64,000 bases of DNA, taken from positions 1,116,001 to 1,180,000 of the forward strand of contig JANHCV010000010.1 of assembly GCA_025594325.1 (NCBI GenBank), read 5' to 3'. The notes beneath the pieces are model-generated. The model searched no databases. It worked only from the letters and a program-made list of their open reading frames with translations, and was not told the DNA's origin. Positions 47,544 through 60,964 of the stretch are shown here, one piece after another. Numbering within the stretch: the first letter of the stretch is position 1; every line of letters starts with the position of its first letter. A program made the position numbers and the translations under genes. The stretch comes from Blastocladiella emersonii ATCC 22665 (Eukaryota > Fungi > Blastocladiomycota).

Positions 47544-47726
47544 GCCACTGGTTGGTCGCTTGTGTATCACCCCCCACCTTCACTCTTCTCTTCATGGCAT
47601 GTTATTCTTCGCACTGCCCCCGCCTCTCTCTCTCCCCTTCCCCAACCAACTGTACCTTGATGTTTTTCTATCGTCTCGTCTTCTCTCTGCCGTTGTTTCC
47701 ATGTCGCTGCTGCTGCGCAAAAACGA

Positions 47727-49933
47727 TCAAATTCCCTCCCACAACTCTGCTCGCTCTGCTCTTCCTTCCTTACCCCCGAAACGTTGAACAAGTGGAACTC
47801 CCCTCCCCTCCCTCCCTCTCGCCTTATACGCGGGCGGCGGGCGGGCGTCGTGGCCGTGGTGCGGGACCGAGGGCTCGGCCGGGTTGAAGGTGTACGCCGG
47901 GACGGGCGAGTACGGCGGGGGCGCAGGGCGCTCGTCGCGCGACAGCGGCGCGGGCGGGAAGGGCGTCAGGCCGGGGCGGTAGTCGTGCACAGCGCCCGCG
48001 TCGTGTTGGTTCGCGCCGCCAAAGGCGGAGCTTGGAGGCAGCGGGCCCGAGCGCGGGGTCCCGTCACTGGCGGGACGGCCGAACGCCGTTGGCGGCGCCG
48101 TGGACCAGGACGGCGCGGACGGCGGATACCGACCGAGCTCGCTGCGGCCTGCGTCAGCCCCAGTGGCTGAAACACCGGCCGGGCGCGACGCGTGACGCGT
48201 CGAGCTCGCGGCCGCCGCCACAGCCGCCGCCGCCGCCACAGCCGCCGCCGCCGACGAGCTTGCCGCCGCGGCCGCGGCCACCGCCGCCGACGAGCTTGCC
48301 GCCGCGGCCGCGGCCACCGCCGCCGACGAGCTTGCCGCCGCGGCCGCGGCCACCGCCGCCGTCGAGGTGCGGCCGGCGCCGGGACGCGCAAACGGCACCG
48401 GGGGGAATGCGGAACCCTGCGCCGTGGCCTTGCCGATGATCCAGTCGAGCGTCAGGTGCTCGCTGCGCTTCGCGTCCATGCAGAAGCTGCGAGCGATTCG
48501 AATGACGTCGATGTAGCGCAGCGGCACGTGCATGTCCTCGGCGTTGCCGCCGATGAACAGGCAGTACCTGCCATTCTTCTCGCACTCGATGCAGCGGTGC
48601 GGCTGCCCCTTGAGCAGCTCCCTGGCGACCGACACGTACTTGGACACCTCCGACTCCTCGGCCGTGAGCACCATGTCACCCGACTTCACGTCGATGGGCG
48701 GCAGACCTGCAATGGTGGTGAGCGCGATGGTGATGCGGGAGTCCACCACGCCCGACCCCAGAACCACGGGCTCGAAGCGGAGTCGGCGAAAAACGACGAG
48801 CTGGGCGAGCTTGAACGAGGCCGCGTTGTGGATGTAGTCGTCGAGCACCTGGATCATGATGACCTCGGCCCACCGATCGCCGAGCATCGAGCGGGCAATC
48901 TCCTGCATCGTACGCTTAAAGTCGTCGTAGCACACGAAGATGGACGAGGACACCTCAAACGTGTTGGAGATCTGCTCGGCGTCCTTGTCGGGCAGGATGG
49001 TGATGTCAAACTCGAGGAGGCGGTGCACGACGCCCGTGAGCACGCCCGCGTTGCGGTACCCGTTCTCAGGGTCTTCTTGGTCTTGGACGGGAGGAGCGGG
49101 GGGAGCGGGGGGAGCGGGAGGGGCGTCTTTGTCGCGCGCCCGAGCGGGAACGACGAACCACGCGGTGGATGCGACGGCGGTTGGCGTAGCGGCGGCCGGG
49201 GCCGGAACGGGGGTCGTGGCCGTGGCCGGCGCAGATGCGCTCGTGGCCGTAGCCGTACCCACGCGGGACGACTGGCGCGAGATGTAGGTGTTGGTGTCGA
49301 TGATGCCGGTTCCCTTGCTGTGGGCGGGGACGTGGTCGTTAGCATCAGCGCACACTGCGTGTGGGAGAGGCAGGTCAACGTACTTAACAGCTTCAAACCG
49401 ACCATGACACTCGAGGCAGAAGCGCAGCCTCAGGTGCGTACCGCCAGCGACAAGAGCGCGCGCGGCGTCGCTAGCCATCCACGCGAACGCCGGCATCCAC
49501 AGCACCGAGTCCTTGAGGAAGGCCTGGCGCGCCGCATTCTCGTCGTTGGACAGGTTGCTGTGCGCGAAGCCGTACTCTACGTGCGAGGGACAAGGGCAGG
49601 TCAGTTCGAGGTTCTTGACGCGACGCGGAGCCCTTGCGTCGCCGTACCCCTGTGGAGATGGCGATTCTTTGTGCGAGGCGCGGTGCACGTGAAGCCGGCG
49701 CAGTTCTCCTGGCCGTCCGCGGGGTCGATGTGGCCGAAGCAGACCCCGCAGTGAAGGCAGCTTTGGGCCGAGACGGTGGCCACAGGGACGTGACCCCTCG
49801 TCTTGCGCGCGGTGACGTGATGCTGCTCGAAGTCGGACGCGGTGATCTGGCGGGCGGCAGCCTCGCGCGCGCGACGGACCGCGACGGCGCCGTTGATGGC
49901 CACGGCCTCGGCGTTGTTGTCGGTGCCCACCAT
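47727..49933 (-). CDS. Orphan protein with Cys/His clusters, Ala/Ser repeats and C-terminal PPxY-type motifs; exons 49933-49648 and 49576-47727
   Basis: A 71-nt GTACGG..CTGAC..TAG intron joins MVGTD..CLHCGVC..C..C..HLHR to EYGFAH in frame. Further CxxC pairs (CLECH, CIECE) and PPPYSP and PPPAY occur downstream. Confidence 0.65.
48252..48359. repeat. Three tandem 36-bp coding repeats (AAVAAAAAASSS)
   Basis: The unit starts at 48252, 48288 and 48324. Confidence 0.9.
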
Positions 49934-50607
49934 GAGGACGACCGAACGAGGTGAGGGAGAGGGGGCGACAACACTACGGGCCTCGCGCGGGTTTTGTACG
50001 GTTGGCGGCGGCCCGATCGATCCCGCCCGAGCGTCTCGCTCTCGTTCTCGCACTCACTCCCTCGACTTTGGCTCTCGTGACCGTATCCTCATGGGGCCGG
50101 AGCATCATCTCGCTCGCTCACATGGCCTCAAGTCGCGAGGAAAACGTCAAGGGAGAGAGAGGATCTCGCTTCAGTCGCACTCAGGTCTCTTGCCTCGTCG
50201 GGTTATATTTCCGAGCCTCTGCAGGCGCAAGGCGGGGCGCCGCAACGCGCAAGCAAGCCGCCTGCAACCAGGCTGTTGCTGCAGCTTGCTTGCGCGCGCG
50301 CAAAGCGCAACCGCAAGCAAAACCCTTGCGCCGTGTCCTGTCTCTTCTGAAAATGGCTGTAGACGCCCCTTCTTCTTTTGCAACACACCTCCCTCTTGAC
50401 CGCTGAGGCTCGGCGTAGTGGTCGCGTTTAAGGTCGCGCCGACCTTCCGGGTGAGCGACGTGGCGGTCATGCATCGCGTGACGCGCACGCCACGCCGATC
50501 GCCACGCGGAGCGCCGCATTCGCTTCTCCGCTTCGCTCTCCCGCCCTCTTGCTCTCCCGCTAAATATCGGCGCGCGCGCCTGCATGCATCACACTACGGC
50601 CACCTCC

Positions 50608-53239
50608 ATGTCATCGACACCATCAGGCCTACCCGCGCACCCCGCCTCGCGCGCCAACTCGCCCGCGCGCAGCGACCGCAGCGGCGCGCCCTCTGCCGCG
50701 AGTGCCGCTCGTGGACCGAGTCCAGGGAGTAGTACCAGCGCGGCGCGCCGCCCGCGGCCCGTGTCCGGCGGCGGGTTCGACGGGCTGCTCGGTCGGTCAA
50801 CGGCGACGCCGACGGCGACCGCGTCGATGCGCACCGCGCCCGCGACGACCGCCGCCGGAGGTGGCGATGGCGGGCTCGCGGGCCAGCTGGGTAAGGCGAA
50901 AGCGCAGGTCATGGTGCTGCGCAAGGCGTTGCTCGAGGTTCGTCCACTCTCCCTCCGACCCCGCATCATCCATTGCTAACTTTCGGAGGACAGGAACGCG
51001 ACCGCTCCTCATCCCTCCGCGCGCTCGCCGACGAAAAAGACGCGCTGGTCCGCGCGCACGCACAGAAACTCGACGCAGCGCAGTTCCACGCCGCCGCGCT
51101 CACCCGGCGCGTCGAGCAGCTGCAGCGCGAGGTGCAGGCCGCCGGCACTTCTGCCGCTTCCGCTGCGCGGCCCGCATCCCGAACCTCATCCATCGCGTCG
51201 TGGTTCGCCGGCGGCGGCGGGAGCAGCCGCGCGTCTCCGTCGCCGCAACCGCCCGCCGCCGACGCCGAGGTACGGGTGCAAGCGCTCGAGGCCGAGCTCG
51301 CGCGCCGGATCGCCGAGAACGAGAGCTTGCAGTCCCGCCTCGACGATGTCCAGGCGCGCGCAGGGGACGCGGAGCGCGAGGTCACCGAGCGCACGCGGCG
51401 CGCCGAGGAGGAGGTGAAGGCAGCCAAGGCGCGGGTCGCCGAGATGGAGGCGCAGATCGCTGACCGCCAACGGCTGTTTGGCGAGGTCGCCGGGATGGCG
51501 GATCGGATCGCCAAGTACGTTGACCGAGGTAGGTGTGGTCGGCGGGCGGGGAACTGACGACGCGTGCGGGAGTGTAGGCTCAACGCCGAGGTGCGGCAAA
51601 AGGACGACGCTGTCGCCGCGGCAAACAAGGAGGCAGCCGAGGCGCGCGGCGCGGTCGCGGAGACTGCGCGCGCGTTTGTTGTACGTTCACCCCCGCCTCA
51701 TCCCTCGCCGGGATCCCTCCCACTCACGCGTTTTGCGGATAGACGTCATCCCGGTTCACCCAGCTGTGCCAGCGCGCCGCCGCCGAACTCGAGTCCGCGC
51801 TCGAGGCGCAGGCGCTCCGCACGCTCCGCGGGTACGCCGACGTGGTGTCGCAGCAGCTCGGGTACGCGCCCGAGGCCGAGTTTGATGCGCTCGTCAAGGT
51901 ACGGTTTGAGGGTCGTTTGGGGGGAAATGGGGATGTAGCTGACTCAGGTGGGATGTGTGTAGCTGTACGACGTGCTCGGCAAGGTGCCCCGCGCCAGCGA
52001 GTCGCGCGCGGGCAAGTCCAAGTACCTCGAGGCGTTCCTCGCTGCGTACATTGACCTGTACGCCCCATCCATCCCATCGCTCTCCCCCAATCTCACACAG
52101 CCCGCGCGTCCTCCAGGACCAAGGTCGACGGCACCGACGCGTCGGTCCCGCAAAAGCTCCTGGCGCAGGTGCAGCGGCGCAAGTGGGACCCCGAGACCAC
52201 CAACGCGCTGCTCGGCCAGCTCGCGGCGCGTCTCCAGCTCATGTCCGCTAAGCAGCCCGCGCTCCACGTCGCGTGCGCGCGGGTGCAGGACCTGGTGCGT
52301 GTGCTGGGCGAGGATTACGGTACGTTTGAGGTTTCGGTAGTGGGAAGATAGTGCGAGGCTGACGCGTTGGAGGGTGTGTGTAGTGCTGTACCAGCAGGTC
52401 AACCAGGCCATGGCCGCGGGCTCGGCTGACAAGACGTCGGCGGACCTCGCTGGGATGCAGGACGGGATCAAGCTGGTCCTGTCGATCAGCGCATGTACGC
52501 CATTTGCCTCACTCATCACACCCTTGTCCCGCACTCACGCACCACCTTGCCAGACCAATCGCGCACCATCGACAAACTGCGCAAACGCCCGTCGACCGCC
52601 GACGCGTCCACGCAGCTCGCACCGCACGACCTCGCGCCCGTCGAGTCCACGGGCACGCAGACCCGCGCCAAGGCCCTGGTCCACTCGTCCGTCCAGGCCA
52701 CCACCGCCACCACCACCGCGACCGCGCAGACCGACGGGAAACAGCGGTTCTGGGCCGACAGCTCCCTTCGGCCTGTCACGCCGCGGTCCGCGTCGACGTC
52801 GACGTCCGTGGTTGACGAGGGTGAGGAAGAGCCCGCCGATGAGGTCCGCACCGTCAAACTCCCGCCGGGCGCCGCCGAAAACGACGTCAAGCTGCTCCGC
52901 GCGCACTACGTCAAGGTCGTCGCGAAACTCACGCGCGCGGTCCAGGTCGCCGAGGCCCGCGCCAACCGCGCTGAGATCGCCGCGGCACGGCGCGCTAGTG
53001 CCGTTGGGGTGTCGCCGTCGCCGCCTGCGAGCCCGACGCCACAGCACGCGGAACCCGAGCCTGCAGTGGACGACGAGGACGCAGGTGAGCTGCGCGCGAA
53101 AGCCGACGCGCTGCAGGCCGAGCTCGACGCCGCGCGCGACGAGAAGCGCGACGTCGAGGCCAGCTACACGGCCCAGATGCAGATGCTGACCGAGGAAATG
53201 TGCCGGCTGCAGGAGCTTGTCGCGGGGAAGCAGGATTAG
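50608..53239 (+). CDS. PPP1R21: PPP1R21 (KLRAQ/FERRY Fy-2)-like coiled-coil protein, multi-exon
   Basis: KAKAQVMVLRKALLE/EQ resembles the KLRAQ motif, followed by QKLDAAQFHAAALTRRVEQLQ. C-terminal YTAQMQMLTEEMCRLQE fits the PPP1R21 C-terminus. Confidence 0.72.
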
Positions 53240-53273
53240 ATCACGTCAAAAAAAGTTATAGTGTGTTACCCAC

Positions 53274-56200
53274 TCACTCATCTCCATCACCCTCGTCATC
53301 GTTGACGACCGCAGCCTCGGCCTCGTTCAGCGTCTCGAGCGTCTCGACGTTCTTGAACAGGAACGCGTCGAACTGGCCCTCGGCCTGGATCCGCCGCTCC
53401 AGCGTCGTCTGCGAGTGCGACCCGGACGTGTCCGAGCCCGGCCCACCGCCGTCGCCGCCCGACTTGGACACGCCTTCGGGACTCGCGCTGCGCCGCCCGC
53501 CGCCGCCACCGCCGCCCCACGCCATGGCCGAGTCGGGCCGCCGCAGCAGGTCGTCGGGCGTCAGGATGTCGGGCGCACCAGATCGCGGGGTGTCGGTGCA
53601 GCAGCTGCTGAGGTCGCTCGAGTCGGACGAGGACGAGTCGTCGTCGTCGTCGTCGCCGTCGCTGCTCGAGTGCGTCTCCCGTGCCGCGTCGCTATCCTCG
53701 CTCGCGGCGTACCCGGTCGCCGACCACGCGACGCGCGGGCCCGCGGCGGCAGGCTTGGACCGCCGCCGGCCGCGGGTTTCGGTGACGGCGGAGGCGATCG
53801 CGGACGGCGCGGGCGACCGCTCGGGGCTGCTCGGGACGGACCCGTCGAGGATGAACGAGCGCGGCGAGGTCGCCGAGGACACCGCGTCGTCGTCGTCGTC
53901 GTCCCCCAAACTGCTGCCGGCGAGCGACGGGGCCATGGACGGCGGGAGCGCGCGGTGCATGGCGGCGGCCGTGAGCGAGCTGGCGACCGACGGCACGCTG
54001 GACTTGCGGCGCTGCTGGTGCGCCGCCGAGGACCGCGCAACGGGCGAGGCGTCGCGGCTCGACACGGATGGCGCAGGCGCGGGCTCGCGCGACGCGAACT
54101 CGGCGCTCATGTCGATATTCCGGACCATGTTGCGGGCATCGAAATAGCTCGTATCCGTCCCGTCGTCGGGGTTGGGCACGAACGGCGGCGTCGTCGAGCG
54201 CAGGTTGGCCCACGAAATATCCTTGAAGAACGGGTGCGCCTTCAGGTCGCGCGCGTGGAACCGCTTCTTCGGGTCGGGCTCGAGCAGCTTGGTGATGAGG
54301 TCGTGCGCGTCCGCCGGCAGCGTGCCGGGCTCGGGCCACTGGATGTGGTGGTTCAGGATGTTGCGGAAGATCAGCTCGGGCGTCTCGTCCGTGAACGGCG
54401 GGTACCCGCACAGGAACTCGAACAGGCACACGCCCAGCGCCCACCAGTCGACGCGCGTGTCGTGGCCGACTCCCAACAAAAGTTCGGGCGCGAGGTAGTC
54501 GGGCGTGCCCAGGCAGTCCTCGCGGTTCGACCCGCGCTTGAGCGTCGCGGGCTTCGCGGGGTCCGCGGTGGCGCCGTTCGGCGACGTGTTCCCCGGGCGC
54601 GCGAGGGACCGGCGGCCGAGCGACCGGAACGGCTCCGCGGGCTTCTCCGCCGCCCCACCCGCCCCGCTGCCGTTGGCCGGAAACTCGTCCTGGTCCTTGA
54701 CCGAGATGCGCGCGAGCCCGAAATCCGTGAGCTTGATGTGTCCCTTGCGGTCGATGAGGACGTTGTCGGGTTTCACGTCGCGGTGCGTGATCCCGTGCGC
54801 GTGCAGGTACTCGAGGGCGAGCGCCATTTCGGCCGTGTAGATGGCAGCCATGGGCGGCTCGAACTGGCCGTAGACGGCGAGTAGCGAGCTCAGGTCGCCG
54901 CCGATCATGTACTCCATGACCAGGAACAGGTAGTTGGCCGACGCGAACGCGTAGTACAGTCGGACGATGAACGGCGTGTTGGCGAGCGCCAGCGCGCGGC
55001 GTTCCGCCATGACGTGCGAGACCATGTTCTTGCGGATCTACAGACGGAGCGAGGGGGGGCGAGTCAGATAACTACACGCGAAGCGGTGAAAGCAAAGGCG
55101 TACCATGTCGTCCTTCTTGAGAATCTTGATCGCAAACAGATCGCCCGTCGTCTTCTTGCGCGCGAGGTACACGCGGCCGAACGCGCCCTTGGAGATGGGC
55201 TTGAGGAACTCAAAGTCGTTGATGCTCGGGATCTTGCGGCTGCGGCGGCCGCCGGGCGAGCCCGTCGACGACGACACGCTCGGATCGCGCCGCGTGCGCG
55301 GGGCCGGGACCGGGCTGCTCGCGACCGCTGGCGCCGCTGCCGCCGTGGTGGGGGTCGATGCAGGCGCTGCGGGGGCGGGCGATGGCGAGGCGGGCGACCC
55401 ACTGCCGCCGTTGGACGCCGCCGCCGCAGCAACCCCGGCCGCGACCGCCGCCTGGCCCACGAGCCCAGCGAGCGCCGCGAGGCCGGATGGCCCGCTGAAA
55501 CTCCCGCCGGGCGTCGCGGTGCCGGGCGCGGCGCCGTTCGCGCCGCCGTACAGGAGGGCCTGGAACAGGGACATGGCCTTGTAGCTGTACGCCGCGGCGT
55601 ACGCGGACGGCGACGCGTCCGAGTCGTAGGCGGTCGCGGTGGTCGCGGTCGACGCGTTGGACGACGTCGAGTTGCGCCGCGTGCGGCGCGTGCGCTCCAA
55701 CAACACGACCGGATGGCGCGCGACCTTCTCCTGGTACGCCTGCATGTTGCGGAGCTTGTCGACGGCGAGCGCGAGCATCTGGCGGGCGAGGTCGCGGAGG
55801 ACCGGGTCGTCGATGCGCCGGCTGCGCGCGGCGACGCCGTCGAGCGCCGCCTGCAGCTTGCCAATGTACTTTTGCGCCTTGGCGACCGCGTCGTCGCGCT
55901 TTTCGTCCAGGTCCGCCAGACGGCTGCCGTACCGGATCAGGTGCTCGGCCTCGCGCGACGTCTCGAACACGCGCGCGGCCATGGCGGACGGCAGCGATGG
56001 CGCGGCGCTCGCGGCGCGCGACGGGGACGAGGCGGGCGACGACCGGTCGCCGTGCGTGTACCCGCCGAAGTGTGTTCCGCCGTGCGTCGCGACGGTGCCC
56101 GCGACACTCTCCGCAGGCCCGACGGCCGAAACCGACATGGACCCGCCCCCACCGCCGACGGACACACTCCCAGTACCACTGCTGCTGGCGCCAGCCTCGA

Positions 56201-59200
56201 GCGCGTTCTTGCGCTTGACGACCTGGCTGATGAGCTTGCGGACCTGGACGTCGCCGTGGTACAGGCGCATTTCGATATCCTGCGACAGCTTGCAGATCTT
56301 GGAGTGGTCGTCGAGCGTCGCCGCGTCGACCATCTCCTCGCAGATCCGGCACAGCACCTCGCGCCCGCCCGTCTGCGCCGGCGGCGGCGCCGGAGTGGCC
56401 GTCGCCGCGAAAGAGGTCATGGACGAGGTCCGCGTCGGCGAAAGCGGCGACGAGCCCGCGCGGGGACGGAGGCGACGTGCGAGACCGGGCGTCGCGGCGA
56501 TCGGGGACGTCGAGACGGGCGCGAGGACGGGTTTTGTGGAAGTGGACAGCGACTCGTGTGTGCGCGACCGCTCGAGCGTCGGCGGGCGCGGCGGGACGAT
56601 CGCCGTCGCCGTCGTCTTCACGGTGGGAGGCGACGTGAGCGGCGACTCGGGCGCCGACGCGGGGCGGCCGTGCGCGGTCGCGGTGCCTGGGCGCGCCGCG
56701 GGGACCGGGACCGGCGCCGAGGTCGCGGACGGCGACGTGGCCTGCTCGAGCTTCGCGATCACCGACGCGGGCGGGGTGCCCGGCGGGCCGGCCGCGACCG
56801 GGGGCGGCTGGAGCTTCGGCACGGGGACCGGCGGGGTCGCGGGCGCAACGGGGAGCGGCGCCTCGATCTCGTCGATCGTCTCGACCGTCGCCAGGTTCGG
56901 CGCGCTCGTCGCCTTACCGGGCGTCTGCGCCGGCGTCGCGGCCGACGACGAGGACGTCAGGCTCGACAGCGACCCGCGGATCGCCGACTTGACCGACTTG
57001 AGGAACGACCCGAGCCGTGGGCTCGCGGGCACGGGGGTGCCCGATGGCGTCGGCAGCCCGGCGGGCGGCGGCGGCGCGAGGAGGAACGAGGCCGTCGAGA
57101 CTACCGAGTCGCGGTTCGCTGCTGGATGCGCCTGCGGCACGCGGCGCGGGGTCGCGGCCGCCGACGTGGTGCTGGCGATGGTCGACTCGGACGCGCGGCG
57201 CACGTGCGGGCTCGTCGCAGCGGTCGGAGGCCGAGGGGTCGCGGCGCGGTCGTCAGCGGCCGCCTGCGGGGTCTTGGGCGGCGGCGTCGGCGGCTTCCAC
57301 GCGGGACCGCGCAGCGGCGCGTGCGGCGTCGGCGTCCTGGCAGCGTCAGCGGGGTCGCCGACCGCGTCCTTGGGCGGGAGCGGTGGCGGGATCCCGGCCC
57401 CGCCGGCGCCGCCGACGTCGGTACTGGTGAACGACGCGGACAACGAGCTCTGTCGCTTATGCGCGGGCGCGACGTTGACGAGCGCGGACCCCGACCCCGC
57501 CGACGGCGTCGAGTGGTGCGAGATCGTGAACGACTCGGGCAGAACGAGCGATGACCGGACTGAGCTCGGCTCGCTCCCACTGCCGGAAGCGCGGTACCCG
57601 CCGGTCCCGCCGACGGTCCCGCCGCCCCAGTCGATCCGCGCGGGGCGCGGAGCCACCAGATCCGACTCGCTGCGCGACGGCGAGAGCGACGGCGTCGGCG
57701 ACCCGGACCCGGGGGCGTGCATCTCGCGCAGGAGGTGCGGCGGGAACACGGCGGACGACAGGCGGCGCTGCTCGGCGGTGATGGCGGGCGGCGGCGGGAG
57801 GCCTGCGAGCGACGGTGGTGGGAGCGGGCCGCCGATCGCCATCGCGGGGGACAGCGGCGCCGAGTGCGTGGTCGTCGAGACGGGCGAGGTACCGAGCGCC
57901 GTGTCGAGGGACGGCGACGGGGACGCGCAGCCGCCGGCGGCACCGGTGGACACGTGCGGCTCAAAGAGCGCGGGCGACGAACGCGACCCGGACTTGGACC
58001 TTGCGCGCGCGGCGAGGGCGACGGCGGCGAGCGAGTCGGCCATGCGGCCGCGCGGCTGGCGGCCGCGGAGTCCGCCGCCGCCGAGCGGGGACGGCGAGTA
58101 CACACTACCACTCCCACCACCGCCGCCGCCGCCGTGGAACGAGTAGTCCGAGTCCCAACCGCTGCCGAGGAGGCGCGCGCCCTGCAGGTTGAGGGTGGTA
58201 TCGTTGAGGACCTGGGTGAGGCGGGCGATCGGGGCCCAGATGAAGACGAGGTGGGTGAGCAGGTCCTCGGCGGCGGCGGCGGCGATGGCGAGCGGCTGCT
58301 GGTCGTCGGTGCCCGACCCGAAGTCGACGTCGAAGGCGACGACCTGGGTCGTGGCCTTGTGCTCGACGAGCAGCTGCTGTAGCGTCAGGATCGTGTCCTG
58401 GGCGAAGTTGGTGTTGAGCAGGGCCTCGGCGGGCGTCGCGAGGATCTGGTGCGCGACGCGCTCGACTTTGGCGAGGAGCGGCATGGGCGTCGTGGCTACG
58501 GTGTACGTGTTAGCAACGGTCATGGTCGGAGCGGGAAGGAGGGCGGAGTACCCTGCTGCGACGGCGCAAACGTCGAGGACCGGATGAGCGGCTTGGACGT
58601 GACGAGCCGCCACGGGTTCGCCGTCGACGTCGACGAGCTCGGCCCCGCCTGGTCCCCCTGCGCGAGCCCAAACATGTTTGGCCTTTCGACCGCAGTCGGC
58701 GTCGACGGCGCGGACTGCGTGCCCCACTGGTCGTACCAGGACGCGAGGACGGCGCGGATCGCAGCGTTGGCCTTTTCCTTGAGTGCGAGCAGCTCCTCGG
58801 ACAGCTTCTGGCGGACGTTGAAGTTGGAGGCGGCGCGCACGTCGACGTAGTCGTAAGTCGCGCCGCCGCCGTTGGGCGTCGAGTCGTCGCCACCCGCGGC
58901 AGAGGCGACGGGGAGCAGGTCTTCGGGGAACCCGGCGAGCGCGGGCGCGTGCAGGCTGAGGCTGAGCGGGCGCGGGCCCTGGCTCGCTGAGGATGACGAG
59001 GGAAGAGCGAGCGCTGGGTGCGACAGGTTGACGGGCGAGACGAGCGGGTACGAGCCGTTGGCGCCAGGACCCAAGAAGGCAGCACGGCCGCCCGACGTGG
59101 TGATGACGGGCGAGCCGAGCGGGGTGCCGGCGGTCGTGGCGGAGAGCGACGGCGACGATACCATGGACATGGTCGACCCCCCGCCGCCGCCGCCGCCCGC

Positions 59201-59779
59201 AGCGGTTGCGGCGACCGAGTACCACGTCGACGGCGCGTTGGGCGAGGTGCCAAGCAACGTGGCCGGCGCAGGTGACGGCGTCGGGTGCGGGTGCGTGTGG
59301 TGGTGGAAGGCGCCGAACGAGAACGAGTTGGACGGCGACGAGGACAGCGGGACGGTCCCGCTCCCATAAATGGACGAAGACCGCTCGCTGGCCTGCACGC
59401 TCGTCGAGCCGACCGACGGCGTGGCCGAGCCGACGCGCAGGAACGACAGCGGGCGCGAGGTGCCGGGCACGGCGGCGGCGCCGGCGGAGCGCTGGAGCGG
59501 GACCCCAGCGGAAGCCGCGGCGGCGGCTGCAGCGGACGCAATGGCGGCGCGCGGCGAGGTCGGCAGCTGCGCGAGGTCCGGGACAGCCGGGACGGGTGGG
59601 ATCAGGCTGTCGCCCGAAGAGCCGTCGCGCGGCGGGACCGTGATGGACAGGGTGCGCGAGCGGCCGGCGGTGGTCGTCGGCGTGGCCGAGGAGGCGTCGC
59701 GGTACGAGGACCGGCGCAGCGGCGTGGCCGCATCGTCGTAGTCGGCAGGAGGTGGTGGCGGGTCACGGCTCGGGTCCAT
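53274..59779 (-). CDS. Rim15/Cek1/Greatwall-type AGC kinase (~2127 aa); exons 59779-58552, 58495-55104, 55037-53274
   Basis: C2HC finger [17 protein letters not shown]; [34 protein letters not shown]; HRDVKPDN; split activation loop DFGL...[10 protein letters not shown]; terminal FDAFLFKN. Confidence 0.9.
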
Positions 59780-60964
59780 GGTGGCGAGCAGAGGGCCTCA
59801 GGGACCGGTCGGACAGTGGTGGTATAGCGAGTGCGGGCGAGTGTGCAGTGTGCAAGGTGGCGGCGCGATTCATGCAAGGCTGCGGCGGTCGGGCGGGTGC
59901 ACCAAGTCCATCTAGCGCGCGGTGCGTCGTCGTCGTCGTTGTAGTGCGTGGTGCGAGTGCGTTGCAAGAGTCGGTAGAGGTTCAAGGGAGAGGAGAGGGG
60001 GGAAGGGTGGCGCTTCCCGAAACGTGATGGCCGCGACTCACCGCGTCGTGTCTCCCGCGCGCGTCTCCCGGAAACTCGCGACCTGTTTGCTTCGCGCGCA
60101 CCGGTTTCTCGCGCCCGACGTGGCAGCGACGCGTCTCCCACGGCCACGGCGGCAGTGGTCACGCCAGGCGCACGTTCTGTCTCTGTCTCCTCCCGCTGTG
60201 AGACACTTGATGCCTCTGTGATGTCGGATCCACGACGACGACCGGCCGGCGACGGCGGCGAGTGGAGCGCTGCGCGATAGCGGAGGGACCCCGCCGCCGT
60301 TGCCGCCCCCGTTGTCCTCGGGCGTCGGGCGTCGCTAGATCAGGCCCTTGTTTTCGATCCGATGAACCCTGCCCGTTGTTCTCCCCGGCGCGCGCGCGCC
60401 GCCAAGGCGTTGCCGGCGTTGCCGGCTCGCCACCCGGGCATTTGCGCCCAGCGATCGATTGAGTTTTTGCATGCGCCGGTGCGAGGCGACGTGCGAGACA
60501 GTTGGGACCCTCGTCACGTGCGAGGCGCGAGACACGCTGCGAGACGCGTCGCGCGCGTCGCGCCCATCGCGTTTCGCCCTGCCCTTTCCCGACCAGGCGC
60601 CTTCGAGAAGCCCGCTAGGCACTGGTCCCCTGCCGATCCGCTCGCCCCGCGTCTCCCGCTATGACTGAGCGACCTGGATACACGCATCGGACGCACCCGC
60701 TTGAGCCCATTGGGCAGGGTCCCATCGGTATCAGCGACGAGGCTGTGGTTTGCTTTGGGCGGGGCCCTCATGGTGAACATCTGCGCTTTGCTCTCGAGCT
60801 CCATCCACGCTGGGATCACACTCGCACCTCGCCGACTTTGCCCTGGATCTGATCCCCTCCCAGCCGAGCGACCACCCATCGAGACTCCTTATAAAGTCGT
60901 CCGGCCGCCGCCGGCACCGCCGCGTGGATCCTGTACCCAGACTGGTCCCAGCAGCACATCCAAG

